Shown: positions 47,625-57,756, counted from the first letter of the stretch. The stretch: DNA of 64,000 bases from an uncultured Planctomycetota bacterium (GCA_963752285.1 CAVVXN010000005.1:896001-960000), one strand, 5' to 3'. The notes: generated from the letters alone by a model not told the origin. Program-made: numbers and translations.

Positions 47625-49403
47625 ATGAGACAGCAGGTGAACGTTCGCACGTCGGGTCGGCCGGAGCCGGCGACGCCCCCTCCGGTCATCCTGGCGCTCG
47701 ACGGCGACCCGGAGGGCCTGAGCCGGCTCGAAGCGACGCTGTGCGCGCGCTACGGCCAGGACTACCGGGTCGAGTGCATGCGATCGCCGCGCGAGGCGCT
47801 CTCCCGCCTGGAAGGGCTGGCCGCGGTCCACGAGGACGTCGCCTTGGTGCTCGCCGGCGCCGCGCTGGACGGAAGGACGGGCAGCGACTTCCTCGAGCGC
47901 GTCCGCCGCCTCCATCCGAACGCCCGACGCGTGCTCGTGATCGCCTGGGGCGCGTGGGGCGTTCCGGCCACGGGGAAGGTCATCTACGACTCGATCTCCC
48001 AGGGCCGGATCGAGCACTACGTGGTCCGCCCGACCGAGCCTCCCGACGAGCTCTTCCACCACGAGATCTCGGGGTGGCTCCTCGACTGGGCCGAGTCGCA
48101 GCGCGCCTCGCCCTACACCGTCAACATCGTCGGCGCGTCCTGGTCCGGCCGGGCCTACGAGCTCCGAGAGATCCTGGGGGGCTGCGCCGTCCCGCACGCC
48201 TTCACCCTCGCGGACTCCCCCGCCGGCCAGGAGCTCTTGCGCCGGACGGGTGCCGCGGGCGGCCTGCCGCTCGTCATCTTCCCGGACGGCACCGTGCTCT
48301 ACGACCCGACCAACGCCGAGATCGTGGAGGCCACGGGCGCGCCGGTCATCCCCGCCGGCGCCGAGTTCGACCTCGTGATCGTGGGCGCGGGACCGGCCGG
48401 CCTGTCCGCCGCGGTCTACGGCGCCTCCGAGGGCTTCGACGTCCTCGTCGTGGACCAGGGCGGCATCGGCGGCCAGGCGACGTCGAGCGCGTTGATCCGG
48501 AACTACCTCGGCTTCGCTCGTGGGGTGAGCGGTCGCCGGCTCGCCCGCGACGCGTACGAGCAGGCGTGGGTGTTCGGGGCGCGCTTCGCCTTCATGCAGA
48601 CCGTGAAGGAGCTCTGCCGAGACGACACCGGGCTCGCGATCACGCTCTCGGACAGCGGACGCATCCGCGCGAGCGCGGTTCTCCTCGCGACGGGTGCCGC
48701 CTATCAGCGGATCGGGATCCCGGCGCTGGAGGCGCTGAACGGGGCCGGCGTGTTCTACGGAGGCACGGCGTCCGAGGCGCCCGCGATGGCCGGGCGCGAC
48801 GTGTACGTGATCGGAGGCGCGAACTCGGCCGGACAGGCCGCGCTCCATCTCGCGCGGTACGCGGCGCGCGTCACGTTGGTCGTCCGAGCCGACGCGCTCG
48901 ACACGGGGATGTCGCAGTACCTGGTCCGGCAGGTGGAAGCGACGCCGACGATCGAGGTCCGACTCCAGACCGAGGTGGTGGACGGTGGCGGTGCCGGACG
49001 TCTCGAGCGCCTCGTGCTCCGGGACCTCGGGACCGGAGCCGAGCAGACCGTCGCGGCCGACGGCCTGTTCTTGATGATCGGAGCGCGGCCGCGCACGGGC
49101 TGGCTGCCACCCGACGTCGTGCGAGACGACGGAGGCTTCATCGTCACCGGCCCGGGTCTCGCGGGTCGCGGCCCCTGGCCCCTCGATCGTCCGCCCTTCT
49201 CGCTCGAGACGAGCGTACCGGGGGTGTTCGCGGCGGGGGACGCGCGCAGCGGCTCGGTGAAGCGCGTGGCCTCGGCGGTGGGCGAGGGCTCGGTCGCGGT
49301 CCAGCAGCTCCACCAGTTCTTCGAGGCGCACGGGCTCCGCCCCCGCGGCCTTCCGGGCGGCGCCCTCGAGACCGGGGAACCGATCGGGTCCCGCGTTCCC
49401 TGA
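47625..49403 (+). CDS. Receiver-like domain fused to thioredoxin-reductase-like FAD oxidoreductase
   Basis: DLVIVGAGPAGLSAAVYGASEG, VIGGANSAGQAA, ETSVPGVFAAGDARSGSVKRVASAVGEG. Confidence 0.9.
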   Translation: MRQQVNVRTSGRPEPATPPPVILALDGDPEGLSRLEATLCARYGQDYRVECMRSPREALSRLEGLAAVHEDVALVLAGAALDGRTGSDFLERVRRLHPNARRVLVIAWGAWGVPATGKVIYDSISQGRIEHYVVRPTEPPDELFHHEISGWLLDWAESQRASPYTVNIVGASWSGRAYELREILGGCAVPHAFTLADSPAGQELLRRTGAAGGLPLVIFPDGTVLYDPTNAEIVEATGAPVIPAGAEFDLVIVGAGPAGLSAAVYGASEGFDVLVVDQGGIGGQATSSALIRNYLGFARGVSGRRLARDAYEQAWVFGARFAFMQTVKELCRDDTGLAITLSDSGRIRASAVLLATGAAYQRIGIPALEALNGAGVFYGGTASEAPAMAGRDVYVIGGANSAGQAALHLARYAARVTLVVRADALDTGMSQYLVRQVEATPTIEVRLQTEVVDGGGAGRLERLVLRDLGTGAEQTVAADGLFLMIGARPRTGWLPPDVVRDDGGFIVTGPGLAGRGPWPLDRPPFSLETSVPGVFAAGDARSGSVKRVASAVGEGSVAVQQLHQFFEAHGLRPRGLPGGALETGEPIGSRVP

Positions 49404-49464
49404 CGCCCACCGCCCCACGTCCCTCGCGTCGTCCGCCGGCGCCGGCCCGGGGGCTCCCGGGTTC

Positions 49465-51912
49465 TCACGGCCGCGGACGGAGACGGACGTCCACGGCGCG
49501 CTCGAGCGGGGAAGGATCGAGCTCGACCGAGAGCACGGTCGCCTCGTACCCGTCCGCCTCCACGCGCAGCCGCCGCGCACCGGAGGGAGCGGGCAGCCGG
49601 TAGCGACCGTCGGCGCGCGCGCCCTCGAACGTGGCGAGCGCCGTGTCGCCCGTGGCGTCGGCCACCTCGATCCGGACCTTCCCGACGGGCCTCCCGTCCC
49701 GAGACGAGAGCACGCGCACGTCGAGCGCGATCGTCACCGGGTCGGGCGCCTGACGCACCAGGGGCACCTCCAGGCGCATCGGATCCGGGGCCTCGACGAG
49801 ATCGAGGACGCGTTCGAACCCCCCGTGCGTGAGCGTCTGCACCGTGAGGGTGGCCCGTCCCGGCGGGCCGCTCGCGAACCAGACGCCTCGGCGGGCGTCG
49901 TACACGAACACGGCCGGGCGCTCCGCTCCCTCCGGACGCACGAGGACCTCGGCGATCCGGATCGGTTCGCCCGAATCGCGGTCCGTGAGGGCCAGCTCGA
50001 CCCGCGCGAGCGCGCCCGGAAGGACCACCTTCACCCGCTCGTCTCGAACGCCGTCGGGCAGCTCGAGGACCCCGGTCCGGTACCGCGGCTCGCCGCTCAC
50101 CTGCACGCGGACCGGGCTCGTCTCGAGACGGTCCGGCAGGTCCAGGAGCTCGAAGCTCCCGTTCTCGTCCGTCGCGGCGTGACGGAGCGTCCCGCCGCGG
50201 GCGACGTCGATCAGGTACACGTCGCCGCTCGCTACGGGCGTGCCGTCGGCGAGCTCCGCCGAGCCCTGGATCCGGAGCCGGCCTCGTTCGGCGAAGGCGA
50301 GGTGCACGGTGACGTCCGCCGCCCCGCCCCGCGGCACGTCCACGACGACGCGGCTCCCCGCCCGTCCCACCGCCCCGACGGACACGTTCGTCGGCCCGGC
50401 GGGGAGTCCCTCGAGCGTGAAGCGCCCCCCGGCGTCCGACCAGACGCGCCGGAACGACGTCGTGACCGCGGCCGAGGCGATCGGCCGATCCTGCTCGTCC
50501 CACACGACGCCGCGCACGGCGCCGAGGGCGTTCCCGTCCACCGGGAGCCGGACCACCACGCGCGCTTCCTCCCCTTCCGAGAGCAGCACGGGGACCGAAG
50601 GGGTCCCATCGAGCCCCCGGGGTCCGTTTCCCAGGTCGTGGTGGTTGGCCAGGACCGCGGCGGCGCCCGCCGGCAGGTCCGCGACGGCGAGGACGCCGTC
50701 CGGTCCCGTGGCGCCGAGCGTCCTCAGGTCGCCGAACGAGACCGCCTTCGCGCCGACGGCGCCGGGAGGGCCGAGGAACACCTCGGTCCCGGAGAGGGGA
50801 CGCCCGTTCTCGTCCAGGACACGTACGGAGAGTCGCGCAGGACCGCGCGGCGGCGGGAGGGAGAAACGGGTCCAGTGCCCCGTGGGACCCATGCCGCCGC
50901 CGCCCTTTCCGAGTGCCGTCCCCCCGGGCGGCGGGCCGAAGGGGCTCGCGACCACCGCGGGACGCGCGCTCTCGAAGGCGGCGCGGTCGAAGGGCGTGGG
51001 GACGAAGCCCGCCTCCCGGCCATCGACGCCCCGTGCCGATCCCGGCGTGCCGATCGCCGCGGGGAGCGCGGCCCCGTCGATCGGCGTCGGCGACGACGGG
51101 GCCGTACCCGCCCCCGCCGCGAGCGTCGCCGGCGGCGGCGCCGCGCGCGCGGGCGCCGTGCCCTCGAGGAGGCCCGGTGGGGCCGGCGGCTCCGGACGGG
51201 AGAGCGCCCGCCCGACGACGTAGCCCCCGCCGCCGAGCAGCAGCAGCACGGCGAGCGCCCCCGAGATTCGCAGCACGAGCTTCGACGTCATGACACCTCC
51301 CAGAACGGCACGTACCGCAGGTCCGCGACCGTGGCGTCGAACCACGGGCCCGAGCGCGCCGAGCCAGCGCATGCGGCTTCCCTCGGATCCCGCGTCGAGC
51401 CGGCGCCGGAGCGTAGAGAGCCCGCGCTTCAATCGGGACTTCACCGTCTCGAGGGGAAGACCGAGCCGGGTCGCGATCGCCCGCGGCCACAGGCCTTCGA
51501 GGTAGCGGAGCACGAGGACCGTCCGGTACGGCTCCTCGAGCGCGCGCACCTCGTCGAGGATGCGGCGGTGGAGGTCCACCCGCGCCACGGCGTCCAGCAC
51601 CGACGACGTCGCGTCGGGACGGGCGGCTCGCCGCTCGTGCTCCTTCTGCCGGGCCGCGGCGCGGGCGCGGTGCCGGACGAGGTTCCGGATCACACCGCCC
51701 CAGAACGCGGCGGGCGCGCGCCCGCTGCCGACGCGGCCTTCCAGCGCCAGGAGAGCCGACTGCTGAAGCACGTCATCGGCCTCCCCGGGGTCGCGGACGA
51801 GGCCGCGCGCGAGCCGGAGCAGCGCCGACGCACGGCGTACGATCTCCGCGTCCGCGGCCTCCGGGTCCGGCGGCGTCCGGCGCGGCTCGTTTCGGGTCGT
51901 TCCCGTGGGCAT
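49465..51912 (-). CDS. ECF sigma-70 factor fused via a TM helix to carboxypeptidase-regulatory-like periplasmic domains
   Basis: ADDVLQ (region 2), LEEPYRTVLVLRYLEGL..IATRLG.P.ETVKSRLKRGL (region 4), TM, repeats such as GVVWDEQDRPI..SDAGGRFTLEGLP. Confidence 0.88.
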   Translation of the reverse strand: MPTGTTRNEPRRTPPDPEAADAEIVRRASALLRLARGLVRDPGEADDVLQQSALLALEGRVGSGRAPAAFWGGVIRNLVRHRARAAARQKEHERRAARPDATSSVLDAVARVDLHRRILDEVRALEEPYRTVLVLRYLEGLWPRAIATRLGLPLETVKSRLKRGLSTLRRRLDAGSEGSRMRWLGALGPVVRRHGRGPAVRAVLGGVMTSKLVLRISGALAVLLLLGGGGYVVGRALSRPEPPAPPGLLEGTAPARAAPPPATLAAGAGTAPSSPTPIDGAALPAAIGTPGSARGVDGREAGFVPTPFDRAAFESARPAVVASPFGPPPGGTALGKGGGGMGPTGHWTRFSLPPPRGPARLSVRVLDENGRPLSGTEVFLGPPGAVGAKAVSFGDLRTLGATGPDGVLAVADLPAGAAAVLANHHDLGNGPRGLDGTPSVPVLLSEGEEARVVVRLPVDGNALGAVRGVVWDEQDRPIASAAVTTSFRRVWSDAGGRFTLEGLPAGPTNVSVGAVGRAGSRVVVDVPRGGAADVTVHLAFAERGRLRIQGSAELADGTPVASGDVYLIDVARGGTLRHAATDENGSFELLDLPDRLETSPVRVQVSGEPRYRTGVLELPDGVRDERVKVVLPGALARVELALTDRDSGEPIRIAEVLVRPEGAERPAVFVYDARRGVWFASGPPGRATLTVQTLTHGGFERVLDLVEAPDPMRLEVPLVRQAPDPVTIALDVRVLSSRDGRPVGKVRIEVADATGDTALATFEGARADGRYRLPAPSGARRLRVEADGYEATVLSVELDPSPLERAVDVRLRPRP

Positions 51913-51976
51913 GGCGTCTCCACACTCTCGTGCCCGCCCGCGCTCGATCGGGGGCACGCCCGCGCGGGCGGCCGGA

Positions 51977-53545
51977 TCATCCCTCCCGCGGGAACCGGCA
52001 CGGCTCGAGCAGCATCAGCGCCGCCAGCGCCGTGACGAAGGGACGGCCTCCGGCCTCCGAGTACGGGCCGAGGGGCGCCCAGGACCCGTTCGCGTGCCCC
52101 GCCGCCGCCTGACCGTCGAGCAGCGCCTTCACGAGCGCGCGACGCCACCCCCGCTCGAGGCCCCGCCGCTCGAACGCGAACGCCGCCTCGTACCAGAGCA
52201 GCGGGTAGAGACTCCCCACCTGCGCGTGGACCGTCCGGCCGTCCGGGGTCTTCACGTCCTTCGTCTCGATCTTCCATGCCGGGTTCGGCGACGACGCGGC
52301 CGCGAGCTGACGCGCGAGGGACGTCGTCCCTCCGAGGCGGCCGACCGCCGCGCGCGCGGCGAGCGCGCCGGCGGCGTTCGCTCGCGTCGGCGTGTAGCCG
52401 CTCAGCTCCGCGCCCTCGTGGTACTCGCTCCGCCCCGTCTTCGAGTCCACGCGCGCGTCGAGGAACGCGAGCGCGCGGTCCACGACCTCCTCCGGGACGC
52501 CCACGCCGCACTGGAGCGCGATCCCGATCGCCGAGAGCACCACGCTGGTGGTCGGGACGTCGCCGACGTCGTAGATGTACGACCAGCCGCCGTCGGGACG
52601 CTGGAGGCGGAGCAGGTCGCCGACGCCCCGTTCCACGACGTCGAGCAGCGCCGGGTCGCGCGCCGCCGCGGCCACGTCCGCGAGGGCCTCCACGGCGAAC
52701 GCGTGGTTCCAGATCTGGTCGAACCCGCCGGGACCGCGCTCGACGAGCTGGACGAGCCACGGCACCGCCCGCGCGAGGTTCTCGGCGTACGGTCCCGCGG
52801 TCGGCGTGCTGCCGCCCGCCGACCACGCGAGGGCGGCGACCGCCGTGACGGCCCCGTCGAAGCCGCACGGGACGCGTTCGCCGTGGTGTCCCCCGCCGAG
52901 GCCTCCGCAGGGGTCCGACGACGGGCAGTGCCGCTCGAACCCGTCGGCGTCGATCTTGCCGTCCTCGTCCTGGTGCCGGGCGAGCCAGTCGAGTGCGCGC
53001 CGGGCGGCCGCCTCCGCGTCGGGGCCGACGCCCGCCGCGCGAAGGGCCCGCTGCCGCGCCGCGCCCCAGCGGGGACCGGTCGTGCCGATCGGCGGCCACG
53101 GCGCGGCGGCGCCCGCCACCCACGTCCCGTTCCGCGCCACGCGCCCGAGGAGGAGTCCCGCGTCCCCGGCCTCCGGCGACGCCGAGAGCGCGCGGTCGAG
53201 GAGTCGCCGCGCGTCGTCGTCGAGGTGCCGGCTCCACGCGAAGCGCGCGAGCGCCTGGAGGCCCGCCGCGTCGTCGGGCGGGAGCGTCGCCTCGCGCCGG
53301 CGGACCTCGTCCACGGGGGGTTCGCCGGGGAGGATCGCGGCCACCTCCGTGCGCGCGAGGTGGCGCACGCCCGCCGGCGTAGCCACGTCGAGACGGCCGT
53401 CCCGCGGCGTCGTGACCGACCCGAACAGGACCTCGCCGTCGAAGAGGCGCACCTCGTCGGCCGCCGCGCGCCGGGTCCCCACCGCCCCCGTCCCGGCGAG
53501 GGCGAGCGCGGCGGTTGCGACGAACGCACGGAGGCGACGGCTCAC
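51977..53545 (-). CDS. Exported prenyltransferase-like alpha/alpha-barrel protein
   Basis: Signal peptide; ALDWLARHQDEDG, LQRPDGGWSY, GSWAP. Confidence 0.75.
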   Translation of the reverse strand: MSRRLRAFVATAALALAGTGAVGTRRAAADEVRLFDGEVLFGSVTTPRDGRLDVATPAGVRHLARTEVAAILPGEPPVDEVRRREATLPPDDAAGLQALARFAWSRHLDDDARRLLDRALSASPEAGDAGLLLGRVARNGTWVAGAAAPWPPIGTTGPRWGAARQRALRAAGVGPDAEAAARRALDWLARHQDEDGKIDADGFERHCPSSDPCGGLGGGHHGERVPCGFDGAVTAVAALAWSAGGSTPTAGPYAENLARAVPWLVQLVERGPGGFDQIWNHAFAVEALADVAAAARDPALLDVVERGVGDLLRLQRPDGGWSYIYDVGDVPTTSVVLSAIGIALQCGVGVPEEVVDRALAFLDARVDSKTGRSEYHEGAELSGYTPTRANAAGALAARAAVGRLGGTTSLARQLAAASSPNPAWKIETKDVKTPDGRTVHAQVGSLYPLLWYEAAFAFERRGLERGWRRALVKALLDGQAAAGHANGSWAPLGPYSEAGGRPFVTALAALMLLEPCRFPREG

Positions 53546-55395
53546 GGCTCCCCCTCGACGCCGAGCGTGGTCGCCAGCTTCTTCTGATGCCCGGGGACCC
53601 AGGTCGCGTCGGCCCACGCGAGCCCCGCCCCCTCGGCGACGTTCATGATCGACGTCGGCGACTCGGTGTCGTGCTGACAGCCGCAGATGTGTCCGAACTC
53701 GTGCGACAGCGTGAGGCCGATCGCGCTCGCGAACCCGTCGAGCAGGCAACGGATCTCGTCCGCGCGGCGGCGCGCGCCGGGATCGTCGGTCCAGCGCCAG
53801 GTGCCGTCGAGGTACGCGCGGTCCTCGCGCCCGAGGGGCGGGTCGAGCGCGTGCGCGGCGTACATCGTGCGCACGAGGAACGTCGAGTAGATCGCGGCCT
53901 TGCCGCTGCCGATCACCCGGCCGCCCGCGCTCGGGTCGTCGCCGGCGACGATCCCCCACCAGACGTGGGCGCTCGACACGTCGTCCCCGGGCGGCTTCGT
54001 GGTGAACGTGATGCCCCACGACCAGCCCGGGATCGGGGTGCCGTCCGCCTCGCGTCGGAACAGCCGGTGCGCGACGCGGATCGCGCGTCCGAGGATCTCG
54101 TCCTCCACGGCCTTCCGTGTCGGCGCGTCCGTGTCGGGCCCGAGGAGGCCGATCGCGTGGAGGTCCTGCTCGATGGTGCGCGGGGTGGCGTCGTCCTCCC
54201 ACACGAGGACGCCGATGCGGCCCCGCTTCTCGTTCACGGCGGCCGGCGGCGGCTGGCCGAATCCCAGCGGCGGACCGCAGGCGGCGGTCGGCGCCGCGGC
54301 GAGCGAGGTCAGGACGAGCCCCTTCGCGTGGAGGAGCCAGAGACGAAGCGTGGGGAACCGCGCCGCGCCGTGGGGCTCGAGCACGAGCGGGCCGAGCGCG
54401 CCGACGCCCAGGTCGCCGGCCTCGAGGGCCGCCGCGACCTTCCGGGCGTGGGTCGAGCCGGCGCGCTCGATCGCCGCCGCGACGCGTCGCACCGCCTCGT
54501 GCGCGCGGGCGGCGACGTCGTCGGCGTACCGACCGTCCTTCTCGAGCGCCTCGACGAGCGCCGACCCCACCCGTCCCTCGAGCTCGGGATCGGGACCGCC
54601 GAGCGCGTAGCTCCCTTCGAGCGCGGTGGGCGCGAGCGCCGCGAGCTCCTCACGTCGGTTCGTGTCGGCGAAGAGGCATGGACGACGCTCACCGGCCTTC
54701 TCGAGCGCCCTCGCGAACGCGTCGGCGCGCGCGCCCGACAGCGCCACGTACACCCAGTCCGCTTCCAGGCCGCGCACGGCGCGGACCGCGCGCGCGGCCA
54801 TCACGTCGAGGTCGCCCTCCTCGAACGCGACCACGCCGGCCATCGTGATCCACGGAGAGAGGTTTCGGGCGACGCCCGCTGCGACCGCGCGGCCCCACGG
54901 CGACGCCTCGTGGAGGATCCCCACGCGCCGCGCGCCGATCGGCGCGTCCAGCGTGTCGGCTGCGACGACGGCCTCCGCCGCGGGCGACGGTCCGAGCAGC
55001 CAGACGCGCCCGGGGTTCAGGATCGCGTCGGGCGCGACGTAGGCGAGCCAGAACCAGGGCACGCGCGACTTCTGCGCCGCGGCGACGAACGCCTCGGCCT
55101 GCGACGCCGGGGGAAGGGCGACGACGGCGAGAGGGTGCCGCGCCCTCGTACGCGTGATCGCGGCGGCGAGGCTCTCGGCGGTCGTTCCCGTGTCGATCGC
55201 CTCCACGACGAGCGCCGGCCGCGCCGCGGCGGCGGCGACGCGCGCGCCGGCGGCGGCCGACTCGAGTCCCGCCCCCGCGGGCGCGAGCACCACGACCACC
55301 TCGGGGGTGGGCCCCGCCCGGGCTCCCGTCGAGAGCAGGAGTCCCAGCAGGCCGAGGACCACGGTGGCGCGAGGCCGACCCCTCGTCGGGCGCAT
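53542..55395 (-). CDS. Type I periplasmic binding protein domain fused to a metzincin-like metalloprotease
   Basis: Branched-chain-amino-acid SBP-like N half; C-terminal HEFGHICGCQH plus SIMN Met-turn. Confidence 0.72.
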   Translation of the reverse strand: MRPTRGRPRATVVLGLLGLLLSTGARAGPTPEVVVVLAPAGAGLESAAAGARVAAAAARPALVVEAIDTGTTAESLAAAITRTRARHPLAVVALPPASQAEAFVAAAQKSRVPWFWLAYVAPDAILNPGRVWLLGPSPAAEAVVAADTLDAPIGARRVGILHEASPWGRAVAAGVARNLSPWITMAGVVAFEEGDLDVMAARAVRAVRGLEADWVYVALSGARADAFARALEKAGERRPCLFADTNRREELAALAPTALEGSYALGGPDPELEGRVGSALVEALEKDGRYADDVAARAHEAVRRVAAAIERAGSTHARKVAAALEAGDLGVGALGPLVLEPHGAARFPTLRLWLLHAKGLVLTSLAAAPTAACGPPLGFGQPPPAAVNEKRGRIGVLVWEDDATPRTIEQDLHAIGLLGPDTDAPTRKAVEDEILGRAIRVAHRLFRREADGTPIPGWSWGITFTTKPPGDDVSSAHVWWGIVAGDDPSAGGRVIGSGKAAIYSTFLVRTMYAAHALDPPLGREDRAYLDGTWRWTDDPGARRRADEIRCLLDGFASAIGLTLSHEFGHICGCQHDTESPTSIMNVAEGAGLAWADATWVPGHQKKLATTLGVEGEP

Positions 55396-55550
55396 GGCGC
55401 GACCATCGACGCGCGGGGCGGGGGCGTCAAGCACGCGTCATCTCCCGCTCCGACCCGTAGGATTCGGGCTCGGAGGCGGCGGACGGGTACCCGGTCCGGA
55501 CCGACCGGAGCTTCGGCCGGACGGCGGGCCCCAGACGAAAGGGAGGAGCC

Positions 55551-56372
55551 ATGCTTCGCACCATCTCGATTCTCGCCGGGGTTCTCGCGTTCGGCTGGGT
55601 CGGCGCGACGCCGCCCGCGAACGCGGACGGCGAGGGCTGCCAGCGGGTGGACATGGAGGTCCAGTGCTCCGTCACCCAGCAGCGGATCCTCGTCGGGGAC
55701 CCCTTCGAGGCCGTCGCGCGCGTCACGAACACGGGGGACGTCGCCCTCGAGAAGGTGACCTTGGCGCTCCAGGGACGCGCGGGGACGCGGCAGGTCGGCG
55801 ACGCGCCGCTCAGCACGGTCTTCGAGAAGATCGCGCCCGGAGAGACCCAAGAGCTCAAGGGACGATTCGTCGCCGAGGCCGTCGGCCAGGCCCGCTTCGA
55901 CGCGTCGGCGCGGGACCAGTTCGGCTGGGCCGCCGCCGGCTGCCACTGTGCGGCGACGGTGGAGGGCCTCCCCGCCCTCCAGCTCGAGATGATCGACCTC
56001 GACATCGACCGGAACCCGCAGGGCATCTTCGAGAAGGGCCAGAGCTTCCTCTACGTGCTCGACGTCGAGAACGACATGGGCACGGCCGTCACGCCGGAGC
56101 TCAAGGTCACGTGGCTCCTGCCGCCGTCCCTGGCGTTCGTCTCGGGCGTCGGAAACCGGGGCGTGACGGTGACGGGGAGCGGCATCAACGCCGAGTCCTC
56201 GCCGTTCGTGCTCGCCCCGAACGAGAAGCAGAGCTTCGAGATCGTCGTGAAGGTCGTGGACGTGCCGCCGGAGCAGTGGGTCCAGTCGCGGGCGTCGGTC
56301 GTCACGTCCGGGGGCATCGAGCTCGCGACCGAGACCGAGTCCACGACGCTCCGGCCCGCCAGCGAGAAGTAG
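55551..56372 (+). CDS. Secreted DUF11/OmcB-like protein
   Basis: Signal peptide; VTNTGDV, GLPALQLEMID..Y.LDVEN..GTA..LP.SL.FVSG. Confidence 0.7.
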   Translation: MLRTISILAGVLAFGWVGATPPANADGEGCQRVDMEVQCSVTQQRILVGDPFEAVARVTNTGDVALEKVTLALQGRAGTRQVGDAPLSTVFEKIAPGETQELKGRFVAEAVGQARFDASARDQFGWAAAGCHCAATVEGLPALQLEMIDLDIDRNPQGIFEKGQSFLYVLDVENDMGTAVTPELKVTWLLPPSLAFVSGVGNRGVTVTGSGINAESSPFVLAPNEKQSFEIVVKVVDVPPEQWVQSRASVVTSGGIELATETESTTLRPASEK

Positions 56373-56417
56373 CGGGGCCCAACGGGGGCCCCGCGAGAAC
56401 GGGGTTCCCCGGTTCGC

Positions 56418-57698
56418 TCAGCCCTCGAGATCGGCGAGGTCGAAGCCGTAGCGGACGTTCGGGAAGCGCGCGCGGAGCGCGTGCACGTCCGCGCGGACGT
56501 CCACCCGGTCCACGATCGCCCCTCGCACGAGGCGGGCGACCTCCTCCATCTCGGCCGAACCCATGCCGTAGCGGGTCATCTCCTGCACGCCGAGGCGGAT
56601 GCCGCGCGGGTCGGTCGCGTTCCTCCCGGGCTCGCCGGGGAGCATGTTCATGTTGCAGATCACGTCGTTCGAGGCGAGGCGCCGGCTCACCTCGCGGCCG
56701 CCGCCCTGCGCGGCGACGTCCACCGCCACCTGGTGCGAGCGCGTGTACCCGAGGTCGGGCGCCGCCACGTCGAGGCCTTCCTTGTGGAGGGCGCCGGCCA
56801 GCGCCCGCGCGTTCTCGACGGTGGCCCGCGCGTAGTCCTCGCCGAACGTCTCCACCTCCAGCGCCGAGACGAGCAGGGCCGGAAGGCTGAAGAGGTGGTG
56901 GTTGGAGGACGACCCCGGGAAGACGCCCTTGTCGAGCGTGCGCTGGAAGTCCTCCTCGGACCGGTCGGTCAGCACGACGCCGCGCTGCGGGCCGAAGAAC
57001 GTCTTGTGCGTGCTGCCGGCGAGCACGTCGGCGCCCTCGCGGAGCGGGTCCTGGAACTGTCCGCCCGCGATCAGCCCGAGGACGTGGGCCCCGTCGTAGA
57101 AGATGCGCGCGCCCACCTCGTCGCACACCTCGCGGATCTCGGCGACCGGCTCCGGGAACAGGAAGAGGCTCCGCCCGAACACCACGAGCGGGGGGCGCTC
57201 CTTGCGGATCAGGTCCCTCGCCGCGGCCGAATCGACGCGCCATCCGTCGGGGAGCATGGGCCACCCGAGGATGTTCCGCGTGCGCTTACCGAGGCTCCCG
57301 ATGCGGGCGTGCGAGATGTGGCCGCCGGTCGCCACGCCGTGGGCGATCGCGGGCGCGCCCTGCGGCACGAGGCGGCTGAACACGGCCTCGTTCGCGACGG
57401 TGCCCGCGATCGGGCGCACGTCCGCGAACGCGGCGCGAAAGATGCGGCGCATCGCGTCCGTGGTGAGCGTCTCGATCTCGTCCACGTAGCGCGTGCCCTC
57501 GTAGTAGCGAAGACCCGGATGCCCCTCCGCGTAGCGGTGGAGCAGGTCCGAGTCGAGGACGCTGCGCGCCGCCGGAGAGAGGACGTTCTCCGACGCGATC
57601 AGGTTGATCGTGGTGGCGCGCCACGCGTCGTGCTCGCGGAGGATGCTCCGGACACGGGCGAGGAGGACCAACGGCTTCGAGGCGGATTCGACGGACAT
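56418..57698 (-). CDS. glyA: Serine hydroxymethyltransferase (archaeal-type signature)
   Basis: NLIASEN, RYAEG, GGHISH, DGAHVLGLIAG, GSTHKTFFGPQRG, SNHH, GIRLG. Confidence 0.9.
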   Translation of the reverse strand: MSVESASKPLVLLARVRSILREHDAWRATTINLIASENVLSPAARSVLDSDLLHRYAEGHPGLRYYEGTRYVDEIETLTTDAMRRIFRAAFADVRPIAGTVANEAVFSRLVPQGAPAIAHGVATGGHISHARIGSLGKRTRNILGWPMLPDGWRVDSAAARDLIRKERPPLVVFGRSLFLFPEPVAEIREVCDEVGARIFYDGAHVLGLIAGGQFQDPLREGADVLAGSTHKTFFGPQRGVVLTDRSEEDFQRTLDKGVFPGSSSNHHLFSLPALLVSALEVETFGEDYARATVENARALAGALHKEGLDVAAPDLGYTRSHQVAVDVAAQGGGREVSRRLASNDVICNMNMLPGEPGRNATDPRGIRLGVQEMTRYGMGSAEMEEVARLVRGAIVDRVDVRADVHALRARFPNVRYGFDLADLEG

Positions 57699-57756
57699 GG
57701 GAGGCGAGTGTAGCGCCGCCCCGCCCGCCCACGGAGCGAAGGGAAGCCCGCCGTGG

